Shown: in pieces, positions 1-8,803 of the stretch
Numbering within the stretch: position 1 is the first letter of the stretch
Layout of the letters: each line of letters opens with the position of its first letter
Source of the DNA: Dehalococcoidia bacterium
Lineage (GTDB): Bacteria > Chloroflexota > Dehalococcoidia > SM23-28-2 > RBG-16-64-32
Assembly: GCA_963665775.2 (NCBI GenBank)
Contig: CAXXTF010000002.1
Location: forward strand, 1,088,001 to 1,152,000
Reading direction: 5' to 3'
Length of the DNA stretch: 64,000 nucleotides
Translations under genes and position numbers: made by a program
The notes under the pieces: model-generated
Databases searched by the model: none
Seen by the model: only the letters and a program-made list of their open reading frames with translations
What the model was told of the DNA's origin: nothing

Positions 1-717
1 GCGCAGGATCAGGTTCCCTTCGGCATCCACGTCTTCCGCCAATCCCTCCTCCACCTGATCACCAGAGGTGACCCGCACGTGGCGACCCAGGGTCTCCAGA
101 CGCGAGCGCCACGCCTCGTACACGGCTGTACCGCGCTCCGACTCCACGTAAAGCGCCTCGAATCGGTTCAGAAAGGCCGCCAGGACCTCCTCCCGCGAGA
201 CCTCGTGCCCCAACTCTTGCCAGAGGCTGGTGGCGATGGAAGCGATCTCTGGTATCGCCCGGACGTCCAGGTTAACGTTCAGCCCAACCCCCACGAGCGA
301 ATACTGCGGCATCTGCCCGGAAAGCTCTGTATCTATCATCACCCCCGCCAGCTTGCGTCCTGCCACTAGGAGATCGTTGGGCCACTTGATGCGGGGCGAT
401 AGACGGGTGGTCGTCTCGACGGCCTGAGCCGCCGCCAGGGGTGCGACCATGCTGAGGGAGCGCATGCGCTCCAGGGACGGTCGTAAGAGCAGGGTCACGT
501 AGAGGTTCGCTCCCGCCGGGGACACCCAGGAACGGCCCAGACGGCCTCGCCCGGCGGTCTGGGCTTCAGCCACGACGGCCGTGCCCTCGGGCGCACCGCC
601 TTCGGCCTCGCCACGCGCCACGTCCTGGGTGGACGAGACGCTGGCGTGATAGAGCAAGCGGCGGCCAACGAACGCGGTGTTGAGCCGCCCGTCTATCGAC
701 TCAAGATGTAACGACAT
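1..717 (-). CDS. birA: Biotin--[acetyl-CoA carboxylase] ligase without N-terminal HTH; runs off the window edge
   Basis: Not in the ORF track. Manual translation from ATG 717 gives MSLHLESIDGRLNTAFVGRRLLYHASVSSTQDVA...AEAQTAGRGRLGRSWVSP, and IKWPNDLLV further on; GRGRxG and KWPND are BirA motifs. Confidence 0.95.
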   Translation of the reverse strand, partial: MSLHLESIDGRLNTAFVGRRLLYHASVSSTQDVARGEAEGGAPEGTAVVAEAQTAGRGRLGRSWVSPAGANLYVTLLLRPSLERMRSLSMVAPLAAAQAVETTTRLSPRIKWPNDLLVAGRKLAGVMIDTELSGQMPQYSLVGVGLNVNLDVRAIPEIASIATSLWQELGHEVSREEVLAAFLNRFEALYVESERGTAVYEAWRSRLETLGRHVRVTSGDQVEEGLAEDVDAEGNLILR

Positions 718-744
718 GAGAGTGTCCGGGGGATAGTCGCGGTG

Positions 745-780
745 AAAACAAAAGGCCAGCCGCAAGCGGCCGGCCTTTTG
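745..780 (-). terminator. Intrinsic terminator-like hairpin
   Basis: Minus strand reads aaaaggccggccgc-tt-gcggctggcctttt followed by gtttt. Confidence 0.75.
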
Positions 781-816
781 CGCTAGGCACGTAGGCCTGT
801 CCTACGCACCTTTCGG

Positions 817-891
817 TTATCGCACCAACACCTCGGAGAGCTGAAGGTGTGAATGGACAGGCCTACGGCCAGAGCTTGGTTTGTCACCCAT
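817..891 (-). CDS. Putative 24-aa small ORF / leader peptide MGDKPSSGRRPVHSHLQLSEVLVR
   Basis: AAGGAGGTGA SD (897-906) 5 nt before ATG 891; TG-n-TAGCAT -10-like box at 918-923; TAA at 817-819; terminator downstream. Confidence 0.45.
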   Translation of the reverse strand: MGDKPSSGRRPVHSHLQLSEVLVR

Positions 892-1107
892 TCACATCAC
901 CTCCTTTCCTGAGAAGGATGCTAACACAGGGGAGCATCATCCACAAGCCCGTGTGCGCACCGATCGAGCGCCACGGCGCGGGTCGCCATCTGAGAACTCT
1001 ACCCCTAGCCCTTTACGCCTCTCAATCCCTTGAATTGGTTACAAAAATAGGGACGAGGCGCGTCTGGGGCCAAGGAAGGGAACGGACGGAAGAGGCGCGC
1101 GGCGGCC

Positions 1108-2628
1108 TTAGCGGCCCGCCAGCAGTTCCCGGAGCACGCTCCTCGCCACGTTGCGATCGTCGCACTCGTACGAGGAGTCCGCCAGGAATACCTCCCCCTC
1201 GTGGCCCTTTCCGGCTAGCAGCACTACATCCTCGTCCACAGCCATGGCCAGCGCCTGGGCTATGGCCTGGCGTCGGTCCGGAATCAGGGCGAAGTCGTGG
1301 CCCTCACGCTTGCCGGCGGCGCGCAGGCCGGCGGCGATCTCCGCGCCGATCCCATTTCGATCCTCGCTGTACGGGTTATCATCGGTAACGATGGTGTAGT
1401 CGGCATCCTCTGCCGCCACCCGACCCATGGGGAGGCGCCGCTCCTCCTCACGCTCCCCGATGCAGCCGAAGACGGCGATCAGCCGTCCACGCGAGCGGGC
1501 CCGCAGCAGCTGGAGCGCCCGCCGCAATGAGTCCGGGGCATGGGCGAAGTCCACGACCACCGTAAAGGGCTGACCCTCGTCAATGAGCTCCATCCGCCCC
1601 GGGGCGCCAGGCCAGCTGTCCAAACCTCTAACGACGGCGTCCAGCTCCAGGCCGGCAGCCAAGCCCACAGCGGCGGCGGCCAGGGCGTTGGCAACATTGA
1701 AGAGACCGGGCCGCCCTATCCTCGCGCCGGCCTCCCCCGCAGGGCTCCTCAGCAGGAAGCGCGAGCCCCACCCCTCCGGCACGACCTCGGAGGCGGACAC
1801 GTCGGCCTGAGATCGAAGACCATAGGTGACCGGCAAGGCTCGGCTCCGGCCGGCAAGATACTCGTGGGATGGATCGTCCGCATTGAGAACGGCCGCCTTC
1901 TCGACATCCTTGGCGAGCGATCTATCCAGCATGGCGAAGAGCTGCCCCTTGGCGGCCAGATACTGCGCGGCCGAGCCGTGGAAACCGATATGGTCCATCC
2001 CCACGTTGGTAATCGCGGCGATATCGAACTCACAGCCGTCGAGGCGGTGGAGACTGAGTCCGTGGGAGGTGGCCTCAACGACTGCCCAGCGACAGCCGTC
2101 CGCCAGCATCTGAGAGAGCATCGACTGTAGGTGGGGCGCCTCGGGCGTGGTGAACCGCCCCGTGTCGGGTAGCGGGGCCTGGCCGCTGCGACAGCCAGCG
2201 GTACTCACCAGCCCGCTCCTCTGGCCGGCCGTCTCCAGGACGTGAGCGATGAGGTGGGCCAGGCTGGTCTTGCCATCGGTCCCCGTTACGCCCACGACCC
2301 GTAATCGCCGAGCCGGGTGCCCGTGCAGCGCTGCGGCGACCTCGGCCAGGGCAGCGCGGGTGTCGGGCACTACCAGCGCCGGGACGACGCCCGCTAGCGT
2401 GGGACGCCACCTCTCCTCACGATCGGCCTGCACGACGACGGCCGCAGCGCCGGCGTCCAGGGCCTGAGCGATGTAGTCGTGGCCATCGGCCTGGAGACCG
2501 GGCACCGCCACGAAGATAGAGCCAGGGCCGGCCTGACGAGAGTCGTAGCAAACCGAGGTTATCGTGACGCTGCCGTCGCCACGCAGTTCGGCCTGGGATA
2601 GTTCAGCCCGCAGTTGGCTCAGATTCAT
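1108..2628 (-). CDS. murE: UDP-N-acetylmuramoyl-tripeptide ligase MurE
   Basis: GVTGTDGKTS P-loop, TTPEA, EATSHGL, PGRME, DFAH, DDNPYSE and LAGKGHE motifs. Confidence 0.93.
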   Translation of the reverse strand: MNLSQLRAELSQAELRGDGSVTITSVCYDSRQAGPGSIFVAVPGLQADGHDYIAQALDAGAAAVVVQADREERWRPTLAGVVPALVVPDTRAALAEVAAALHGHPARRLRVVGVTGTDGKTSLAHLIAHVLETAGQRSGLVSTAGCRSGQAPLPDTGRFTTPEAPHLQSMLSQMLADGCRWAVVEATSHGLSLHRLDGCEFDIAAITNVGMDHIGFHGSAAQYLAAKGQLFAMLDRSLAKDVEKAAVLNADDPSHEYLAGRSRALPVTYGLRSQADVSASEVVPEGWGSRFLLRSPAGEAGARIGRPGLFNVANALAAAAVGLAAGLELDAVVRGLDSWPGAPGRMELIDEGQPFTVVVDFAHAPDSLRRALQLLRARSRGRLIAVFGCIGEREEERRLPMGRVAAEDADYTIVTDDNPYSEDRNGIGAEIAAGLRAAGKREGHDFALIPDRRQAIAQALAMAVDEDVVLLAGKGHEGEVFLADSSYECDDRNVARSVLRELLAGR

Positions 2629-2674
2629 AGCTAAGGATAGGAACGGCCCGCCGGCCGTTTCGTTGCGGCGGTGA

Positions 2675-3043
2675 GCGGACCCAGTAGGCCTGTAGGCCGA
2701 GTTCTGTATCCCGACACTGTCAGGACGGTGACCATCTATCTGGGACGACGGTTACCCGCCGCCTCCTGCAGCCAACCCGAGGGTTTGGGCCGGGCGTCCC
2801 TTAACACCCTCCTATTTGGCCTTGCTCCGCGCGGGGTTTGGCCGGCCTCCAACTCACGCTGAAGCCGGTGGGCTCTTACCCCACCATTTCACCCTTACCC
2901 CGATGAATCGAGGCGGTATGTTTCTGTGCCACTTTCCGTCGGGTCACCCCGCCTGGGCGTTACCCAGCGCGCTGCCCGGAGGAGCTCGGACCTTCCTCCC
3001 CCCGCCAGAGACGGGGAGCGGTCACCCGGCCTACTGGGCCCGC
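2675..3043 (-). ncRNA. rnpB: RNase P RNA (bacterial type A)
   Basis: Minus strand has GAGGAAGGTCCGAGCTCC near the 5' end and ACAGAACTCGGCCTAC near the 3' end; terminal P1 pairing; TGcTATACT extended -10 upstream. Confidence 0.96.
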
Positions 3044-3168
3044 AGCCAGTATAGCATCCCGCCACAACCTCCCCTGCGGCTCCACACGACTTACCTGTAA
3101 CGTCCGGAAGCGATACGCATCCCAAGCTTGTTGCAACCGAATCGACTATGTTAAGGAGACGAGAGCCC

Positions 3169-3387
3169 ATGGAATGCCCGATGTGCCGCGGCGGTGGAAG
3201 CTGCCTCGAGTGCGATGGGCTCGGCGCGGTCACCTGCCGGGAATGTGATGGGCTGGGCTGCGAGGTATGCCGGCGGAGCGGGGCGGAGCCATGCCTGCCC
3301 TGCAACAGCAGTGGCTCTTGCCGCCGCTGCCAGGGAGAGGGCCAGGTGGACACGGCTATACCACTTCCCTTCCGCTACGGCCACTGA
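3169..3387 (+). CDS. Small stand-alone DnaJ-type Cys-rich zinc-finger protein
   Basis: Six CxxCxxxG repeats (e.g. CPMCRGGG, CLECDGLG, CRRCQGEG); AAGGAG SD upstream. Confidence 0.7.
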   Translation: MECPMCRGGGSCLECDGLGAVTCRECDGLGCEVCRRSGAEPCLPCNSSGSCRRCQGEGQVDTAIPLPFRYGH

Positions 3388-3408
3388 GAACAGGCGGGCA
3401 ACCGGTCT

Positions 3409-3822
3409 CTAGTCCAGGCCGCGATCCAAGGCCAGATTGGCCAGCTCATCGGCCCGCCTGTTCTGCTCCCGCGGGATGGCACGCACCTGGAAGGCAGCGA
3501 ACTGTCGCCGGAGGTCCACGAGCCGCCCGAAAAGGGGCTTAAGTCGGGCGTTGCGCACCCGGTACCGGAACTCCAGCTGACGCACGACGAGCTCTGAGTC
3601 CATCCTCAGTTCGACGTTTTGCGCCCCCATGGCCACCGCCGCCTCCAGGGCAGCGATGGCGGCCTGATACTCGGCCTCATTGTTGGTGGCTCGGCCGATG
3701 CGGCGGGAGATAGCGTGAATCTCTTTCCCAGCCTCATCATAGATCGCTGCCCCAATAGAAGAAGGGCCGGGGTTGCCGCGGGAAGCACCGTCAGTGAATA
3801 TAAGCCACGTTGCGTCAGGCAA
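3409..3822 (-). CDS. rnhA: Ribonuclease HI family protein
   Basis: FTDGASRGNPG, TNNEAEY, DSELVV and REQNRRADELAN motifs. Confidence 0.93.
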   Translation of the reverse strand: MPDATWLIFTDGASRGNPGPSSIGAAIYDEAGKEIHAISRRIGRATNNEAEYQAAIAALEAAVAMGAQNVELRMDSELVVRQLEFRYRVRNARLKPLFGRLVDLRRQFAAFQVRAIPREQNRRADELANLALDRGLD

Positions 3823-3829
3823 CGGCGCC

Positions 3830-5230
3830 CTACGGATTCACCAGCGTCTCGACGCTATCATCACGCACGACGACTCGATCGAGCAGGACGCGCAGAAGCT
3901 CCTGCCGTTGCGGGAAGGGGAGCCGGCCCCAATCGTCTCTCAGACGAACCAGAACCCCTTGACGTTGGCGCCTCCTCTCCGCCTCCGTCACCTCCTGCTG
4001 AACCAGGCGCTGCGCCTCGGCGAGCTTCTCCTCCAGCTCCAGTTGTTGAGTGGCCAAGGCCAGACTGAGGGAGCGCAACCGCTCTCCATTCATGCGACCA
4101 GATGTCGTGGAGTCAAGATGGCGCTCCAACCGCTTGTCCAGGCCCCGCATCCTCTCTCGCAACCGCCGGCTGCGATCCTCCCTCTCCTCCGGAGTGCCAG
4201 CCCCATCGCCGGGTTGGGAATGCGCCGACTGCGATTCGCCACTGAGGAGGGCTTGACAAACGGCCTCCTCCAGCTCTTCCGCACGGTGGGTGTGATAGTC
4301 GCATACGCTGCGGTTGGCACGGGACTCGCACTGGTAGTAGCGGTACTTGGCAGCGCGAACGGTGCCATCGCGTCGCCGCCAGCTCTGCTTGCGAGTGACG
4401 CCGATCATCTTGCTGCCACAGTAGCCGCAGTGGGCCAGGCCCGAAAGCAAGAACGGTGACAGCTGGCGGGACCCCATCACGGGCTGCCGCTGGTCCAGCC
4501 TCTCCTGCACATCACGGAAGTCATCCTGGGAGATCAAAGGGGCATGGCTGGCCGGCACCCGTACTCCGAACCGGCTGTAGGTCCCAAGGTAAGCGCGGTT
4601 CCTGAGGATATCCCGCACCGTGACCATACTCCAGAGACCACCTCGGCGGGTGCGGAGACCGTCGTCGTTGAGCCGACGGGCTATGCGGCGAATACCCAGC
4701 CCATCCTTCAGATACAGGCGAAAGATGTATCGGACAATGGAGCCCTCTTCAGGCATCACCACCAGGCGCCGCTTGGCCCCGACCCGATATCCGTAAGGGG
4801 GACGGCCCAGCACCTCGCCCTTGATCGCCTTGCGCCGCATCGCCTCCCTCACCCGATCCCCCAGGCGCCCGTTGGACCGCTGACTCGTCCAGCGCTCCAA
4901 CAGCGGACTGGCGGCATCATCGCCGTTCTCAAGACTGATGACGGTAACGCCCAGGCTGGCCAGCTGATAGTAGCGTCGGGCGGATTCGGTGAGGGCGGCA
5001 CCCAGGGTGGCCAAGTCTGACACCACCACGAGCAGGAAGCCACGATTCCCCTGCTGCCTGACGAACTCCACCATCTGGCGGAAGCCGGGCAGATCGCCCC
5101 CGTCCCTGTTAGCATCGAGAAAGGCGGCGGCCGCCTCGTACCCGTTACCACGGCAGAACTCCAGGAACAGCCGGCTCTGCTCAGCCAGCGAGTCGCCTTG
5201 CCTTTCCCTGAAGTAGCCTATCGCCCGCAT
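3830..5230 (-). CDS. Large serine recombinase-family protein with degenerate catalytic domain
   Basis: Resolvase-like N-terminus, PPYGY, recombinase domain (ILRNRAYLG, HAPLIS), zinc ribbon (CGYCG...YYQC...C) and coiled coil; catalytic Ser absent. Confidence 0.85.
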   Translation of the reverse strand: MRAIGYFRERQGDSLAEQSRLFLEFCRGNGYEAAAAFLDANRDGGDLPGFRQMVEFVRQQGNRGFLLVVVSDLATLGAALTESARRYYQLASLGVTVISLENGDDAASPLLERWTSQRSNGRLGDRVREAMRRKAIKGEVLGRPPYGYRVGAKRRLVVMPEEGSIVRYIFRLYLKDGLGIRRIARRLNDDGLRTRRGGLWSMVTVRDILRNRAYLGTYSRFGVRVPASHAPLISQDDFRDVQERLDQRQPVMGSRQLSPFLLSGLAHCGYCGSKMIGVTRKQSWRRRDGTVRAAKYRYYQCESRANRSVCDYHTHRAEELEEAVCQALLSGESQSAHSQPGDGAGTPEEREDRSRRLRERMRGLDKRLERHLDSTTSGRMNGERLRSLSLALATQQLELEEKLAEAQRLVQQEVTEAERRRQRQGVLVRLRDDWGRLPFPQRQELLRVLLDRVVVRDDSVETLVNP

Positions 5231-5231
5231 G

Positions 5232-5933
5232 CTACCTTACAAGCAGTATCCGCTCGCAGCTGACGCACTGGACCACTCCCAGACCAGCCCTCGCCTTCTG
5301 CAATATGGACATAGGAAGCGTTATCCGGCACCCCCGGCACATCCCCCGCTCGACGATGGCCACCGCCTGACCACTTCGCCTCTTCCTCAGCAACTGATAC
5401 ATGCTGTGCGCAGCCCTCTCGATCCCCTCCGATCGCTTGGTCTGTCTCTCCCGGAGCCGCTCTAGCTCGGGCTCGATCCGGCCTTTTTCGATCTCCATCT
5501 CCTGCTGGCCAGCGCGCCAGCGAACCTCCAGCTGAGAGAAGGCTGAGTCCACCTCCTTCAGCTGCGCCGCCGCCTCCTCTATCTCCACCAGTACAGCCAG
5601 GAGCACATCCTCCTGCTTGGCGATCTGTCCCTGGAGCGATGTGAGATCGGCCTGCAAGTCCGCCAACTCCTTGGGGTTCCCTATGCTCCCGCCGTAGAGC
5701 TTCTTCTCGACCGCCGAGGCCTTGCCGCGGATCTCATCCACCCCATACTCCAGATCCTTTTGGCGTGAGCGAAGCTCCGCGACAGCCTGCCGCTTCCCTT
5801 CCACCTCCCGTCTGGCCTCTACGAGCTCCTCGCTCTCGCCCAGTTGCTCCTCGATCTCTGCCAACCGCGACATAGCCCCATCCAGAGCAAGATCGATCTC
5901 TTGCAGGGCATATAAATCAGTGGCTACCGTCAA
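5232..5933 (-). CDS. Coiled-coil plus C4 zinc-ribbon protein (DUF164/CT398-like)
   Basis: LYALQEID start, long coiled coil, CRGC...CVSCERIL C-terminus. Confidence 0.9.
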   Translation of the reverse strand: MTVATDLYALQEIDLALDGAMSRLAEIEEQLGESEELVEARREVEGKRQAVAELRSRQKDLEYGVDEIRGKASAVEKKLYGGSIGNPKELADLQADLTSLQGQIAKQEDVLLAVLVEIEEAAAQLKEVDSAFSQLEVRWRAGQQEMEIEKGRIEPELERLRERQTKRSEGIERAAHSMYQLLRKRRSGQAVAIVERGMCRGCRITLPMSILQKARAGLGVVQCVSCERILLVR

Positions 5934-6087
5934 AATAAGAGCACCGGTCTGGCTTTACGCCTGTCAGGGGATGGACAGTGTTTGCAGCGGGATTATAGAC
6001 TCAGAGCGAGAGTTTTTGCAAGATGGTCGGCCATAGCGAAATGCCCAGTCTGCCCTAACCACAACGCTAATTCTCAACATTACCGCC

Positions 6088-6615
6088 ATGCTTATTCCCG
6101 TAGCCCAACTACTGCAGCAGGGCGTTGGAACGGTCACCACGATCGACCTCCAGGAGCCCTCCCTTACCGTGGAGGACACGATCCTCCGCGACTTGACCGG
6201 CGTGGCGACCCTCTTGCGCACCAACCGCGGGCTCCTGGTTTCGCTCCACATGGAGGCCACGGTCCACGAGAGGTGCTCCCGCTGCCTGATAGAAGTCAGC
6301 TGGCCCGTCAATATCGATCTCCAAGAAGAGTACATTCCGATGATAGATGCCCTGACCGGGGCGCGCGTGCGCCTGGACGAACCGGGCGACCTGTTCCGCA
6401 TCGGGGCGGACTTCGTTCTAGACTTGCGTGAAGGGGTACGGCAGTACACACTTATATCGGAAGCGGCCAAGCCATTGTGCAAGCCTGACTGCGCTGGGCT
6501 CTGTCCGGACTGCGGCGCGGACAGGAACGAGGGAGCTTGCGATTGCTCGCCACAAGTGGACGAACGCTGGCAAAGGCTGTCCGACTTCTCCACCACCGAT
6601 AAAGAAGGGAGCTAG
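6088..6615 (+). CDS. DUF177/YceD family protein
   Basis: CSRCL and PLCKPDCAGLCPDCG...CDC...DERW; directly upstream of rpmF. Confidence 0.92.
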   Translation: MLIPVAQLLQQGVGTVTTIDLQEPSLTVEDTILRDLTGVATLLRTNRGLLVSLHMEATVHERCSRCLIEVSWPVNIDLQEEYIPMIDALTGARVRLDEPGDLFRIGADFVLDLREGVRQYTLISEAAKPLCKPDCAGLCPDCGADRNEGACDCSPQVDERWQRLSDFSTTDKEGS

Positions 6616-6618
6616 CTA

Positions 6619-6828
6619 GTGGGAGCCCAGCCCAAAAAGAAAATCTCTCTGTCACGCAAGCGGCGCCGTCGCGCACACCTTTCGGCAACCGTTTCTGCCC
6701 TGGTAATCTGCCCTCAATGCCGCAGCCCCAGGCCATCCCACCACGCCTGCCCAACCTGCGGCACATACCGCGGGCGCAGTGTCCTCGCCGTGGGTGGCCA
6801 ATCCCAGGGCCCGGCCGGCGGCGCCTAA
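6619..6828 (+). CDS. rpmF: 50S ribosomal protein L32 (Zn-binding form)
   Basis: PKKKISLSRKRRRR, CPQC...HHACPTCGTYRG. Confidence 0.96.
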   Translation: MGAQPKKKISLSRKRRRRAHLSATVSALVICPQCRSPRPSHHACPTCGTYRGRSVLAVGGQSQGPAGGA

Positions 6829-6875
6829 CGTCGCCCTTCTCCACCTAGCCCAGCCCATGCTATACTTCGGCTGCC

Positions 6876-7070
6876 ATGCGACGAGCCGTCCTTCTACTAC
6901 TTCCCCTTAGCCTCCTGCTGGCAGCCATGGCCACCGTCGCCTACTTTGTCTGGTGGGACGCTAACCATTGCACTTTGTGCCGCGCCCGCGTGGACGAAAA
7001 CGGGCGCTGTCCGAACCCGGACTGTCACCTGAACCGCCCCGCGGGACAGCCGGAAGCCCAGGGGGCTTAA
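6876..7070 (+). CDS. Small membrane-anchored protein with C4 motif
   Basis: Hydrophobic N-terminus, then CTLC...CPNPDC; TATACT box upstream. Confidence 0.6.
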   Translation: MRRAVLLLLPLSLLLAAMATVAYFVWWDANHCTLCRARVDENGRCPNPDCHLNRPAGQPEAQGA

Positions 7071-7080
7071 GCGGCGTCAC

Positions 7081-8061
7081 ATGATCTCTCCTTCAGACCT
7101 ACCAAGCCAGATTCTAGGGAAGCTTCACCACAAGCCCCTGGAAGGAACCCTGGCCCTCGTGTTCCCCGGCCAAGGATCGCAGCAGGTAGGCATGGGAGCC
7201 GAGCTCTACCGGGAATCCGCCGCGGCCCGGAAGGTGTACCAGGAAGCGGAGACCATCCTGGAGTTCGAACTGAGCCATCTCTGCTTCCAGGGCCCTGAGG
7301 AGGAGTTGCAGCAGACCGTTAACGCCCAGCCCGCTATCCTGGTTACTTCCCTGGCCTGCCTCGCGGCAGCGCTGGACACAGGCGCCATCGGACAGCGGCC
7401 GGCGTTCGTAGCCGGTCACAGTTTGGGCGAGTACACGGCCCTTGTGGCCGCCGGCGCGCTCACCTTCGAGGACGGCCTTCGATTGGTGGGCCGGCGCGGC
7501 CGGATCATGCAGGAGGCCGGACAGGCCCAGCCGGGCACGATGGCTGCCCTCCTTGGCTTGAGTGACGAGACAGTCGCCGATGTCTGCCGCCTCTCTGGGG
7601 CCGAGCCCTGCAACTACAACTCGCCCGGTCAAGTCGTGGTCGGCGGCGACCCGTCGGCGGTGGCGAAGGCATCTGACCTCGCCAAAGAGCGTGGCGGGCG
7701 GGCCACCCCCCTCAACGTCTCCGCCGCTTTCCACACCTCGCTGATGAAATCCGCCGCCGGCAAGTTCAGCCGAGCCGTTCAGGACACCCCAATCTCTGAT
7801 CCAGTCATACCGGTGCTGGGCAACGCTAGCGGCCACCCCCTGACCCGCGCGGAGGAGGTCAAAGGTGAACTGCGACAACAGATGACCAGCCCCGTCCTCT
7901 GGCACCAATCCGTAGCAGAAATGGCGCGGGCCGGCGTCAACACGTTCATCGAAGTAGGACCCGGCCGTGTCCTGAGCGCTCTCCTGAAGCGGATAGCGCC
8001 CGAGGCAGCAGCCATCTCCATCGACGGACCGACGGCCATAGCCAGCCTTAGCGATGTTTGA
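7081..8061 (+). CDS. fabD: Malonyl-CoA:ACP transacylase
   Basis: FPGQGSQ, GHSLGEY, SAAFH and EVGPG motifs. Confidence 0.96.
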   Translation: MISPSDLPSQILGKLHHKPLEGTLALVFPGQGSQQVGMGAELYRESAAARKVYQEAETILEFELSHLCFQGPEEELQQTVNAQPAILVTSLACLAAALDTGAIGQRPAFVAGHSLGEYTALVAAGALTFEDGLRLVGRRGRIMQEAGQAQPGTMAALLGLSDETVADVCRLSGAEPCNYNSPGQVVVGGDPSAVAKASDLAKERGGRATPLNVSAAFHTSLMKSAAGKFSRAVQDTPISDPVIPVLGNASGHPLTRAEEVKGELRQQMTSPVLWHQSVAEMARAGVNTFIEVGPGRVLSALLKRIAPEAAAISIDGPTAIASLSDV

Positions 8062-8800
8062 CCTCGCAGGCCGATCTGCCTTAGTTACCGGAGCCTCCCG
8101 TGGCCTTGGTCGCGCTATTGCCGTTCACCTTGCCCGCGCCGGCGCCGCCGTCGCCATCAACTACCGCCAGAGCGAGGCTCAGGCCAGGGACGTTCAGGCG
8201 GAGATAGAATCAGTCGGTGGCCGGGCCATCACCGTTCAGGGAGACGTGAGCGTCCCAGAAGATGCGGAGCGCATCATTCAGACGGCCGGGGACGCCTTTG
8301 GCCATCTAGACATCCTGGTTAACAACGCGGGCTTCAACCGCGACACCCTGATCCTGCGTATGTCCCCGGAAGACTGGGACCAGGTGATGAATGTGAACCT
8401 GCGGGCGGTGTTTCTGTGCACCAAAGCCGCCCTGAGACCGATGCTCCACAATCGTTGGGGACGGATCATCAACATCGGCAGCATCGCGGGCCTGGCCGGC
8501 AACGCTGGCCAAGCAAACTATTCCGCTGCCAAGGCCGGGCTCATCGGCTTCACCAAGGCCGTGGCCCGGGAGGTGGGCTCCCGAAGCATCACGGCCAACC
8601 TTGTGGCGCCCGGCCTGGTCCGGACGGAGCTCACGAAGGACCTCTCGAAGCAGATAGTGAAGCAGGCGATGGAGCGAATCATCCTGGGCCGGCTGGGGAA
8701 GCCGGAAGACATCGCCGCCACGATAGTCTTTCTGGGGTCGGAAGAGGCCTCATACATCACGGGACAGGTGCTGGCCGTGGATGGCGGCCTGGGGATGTAG
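8054..8800 (+). CDS. fabG: 3-oxoacyl-ACP reductase
   Basis: TGASRGLG, NNAG, GQANYSAAK; overlaps fabD. Confidence 0.95.
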   Translation: MFDLAGRSALVTGASRGLGRAIAVHLARAGAAVAINYRQSEAQARDVQAEIESVGGRAITVQGDVSVPEDAERIIQTAGDAFGHLDILVNNAGFNRDTLILRMSPEDWDQVMNVNLRAVFLCTKAALRPMLHNRWGRIINIGSIAGLAGNAGQANYSAAKAGLIGFTKAVAREVGSRSITANLVAPGLVRTELTKDLSKQIVKQAMERIILGRLGKPEDIAATIVFLGSEEASYITGQVLAVDGGLGM

Positions 8801-8803
8801 CCG

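Noticed and set aside
830-860. Glycine riboswitch (GGAGAG...GAAGG on the + strand)
   Set aside because: The CUCAGG element and expected spacing are missing, and there is no downstream + strand gene.
2671-3353. ORF-track ORFs 2671..2862, 2816..3100 and 2895..3353
   Set aside because: They overlap the RNase P RNA gene and are spurious.
3830-5230. Active prophage/ICE integrase
   Set aside because: Catalytic motifs are missing, and there is no cargo, composition shift or visible att repeat.
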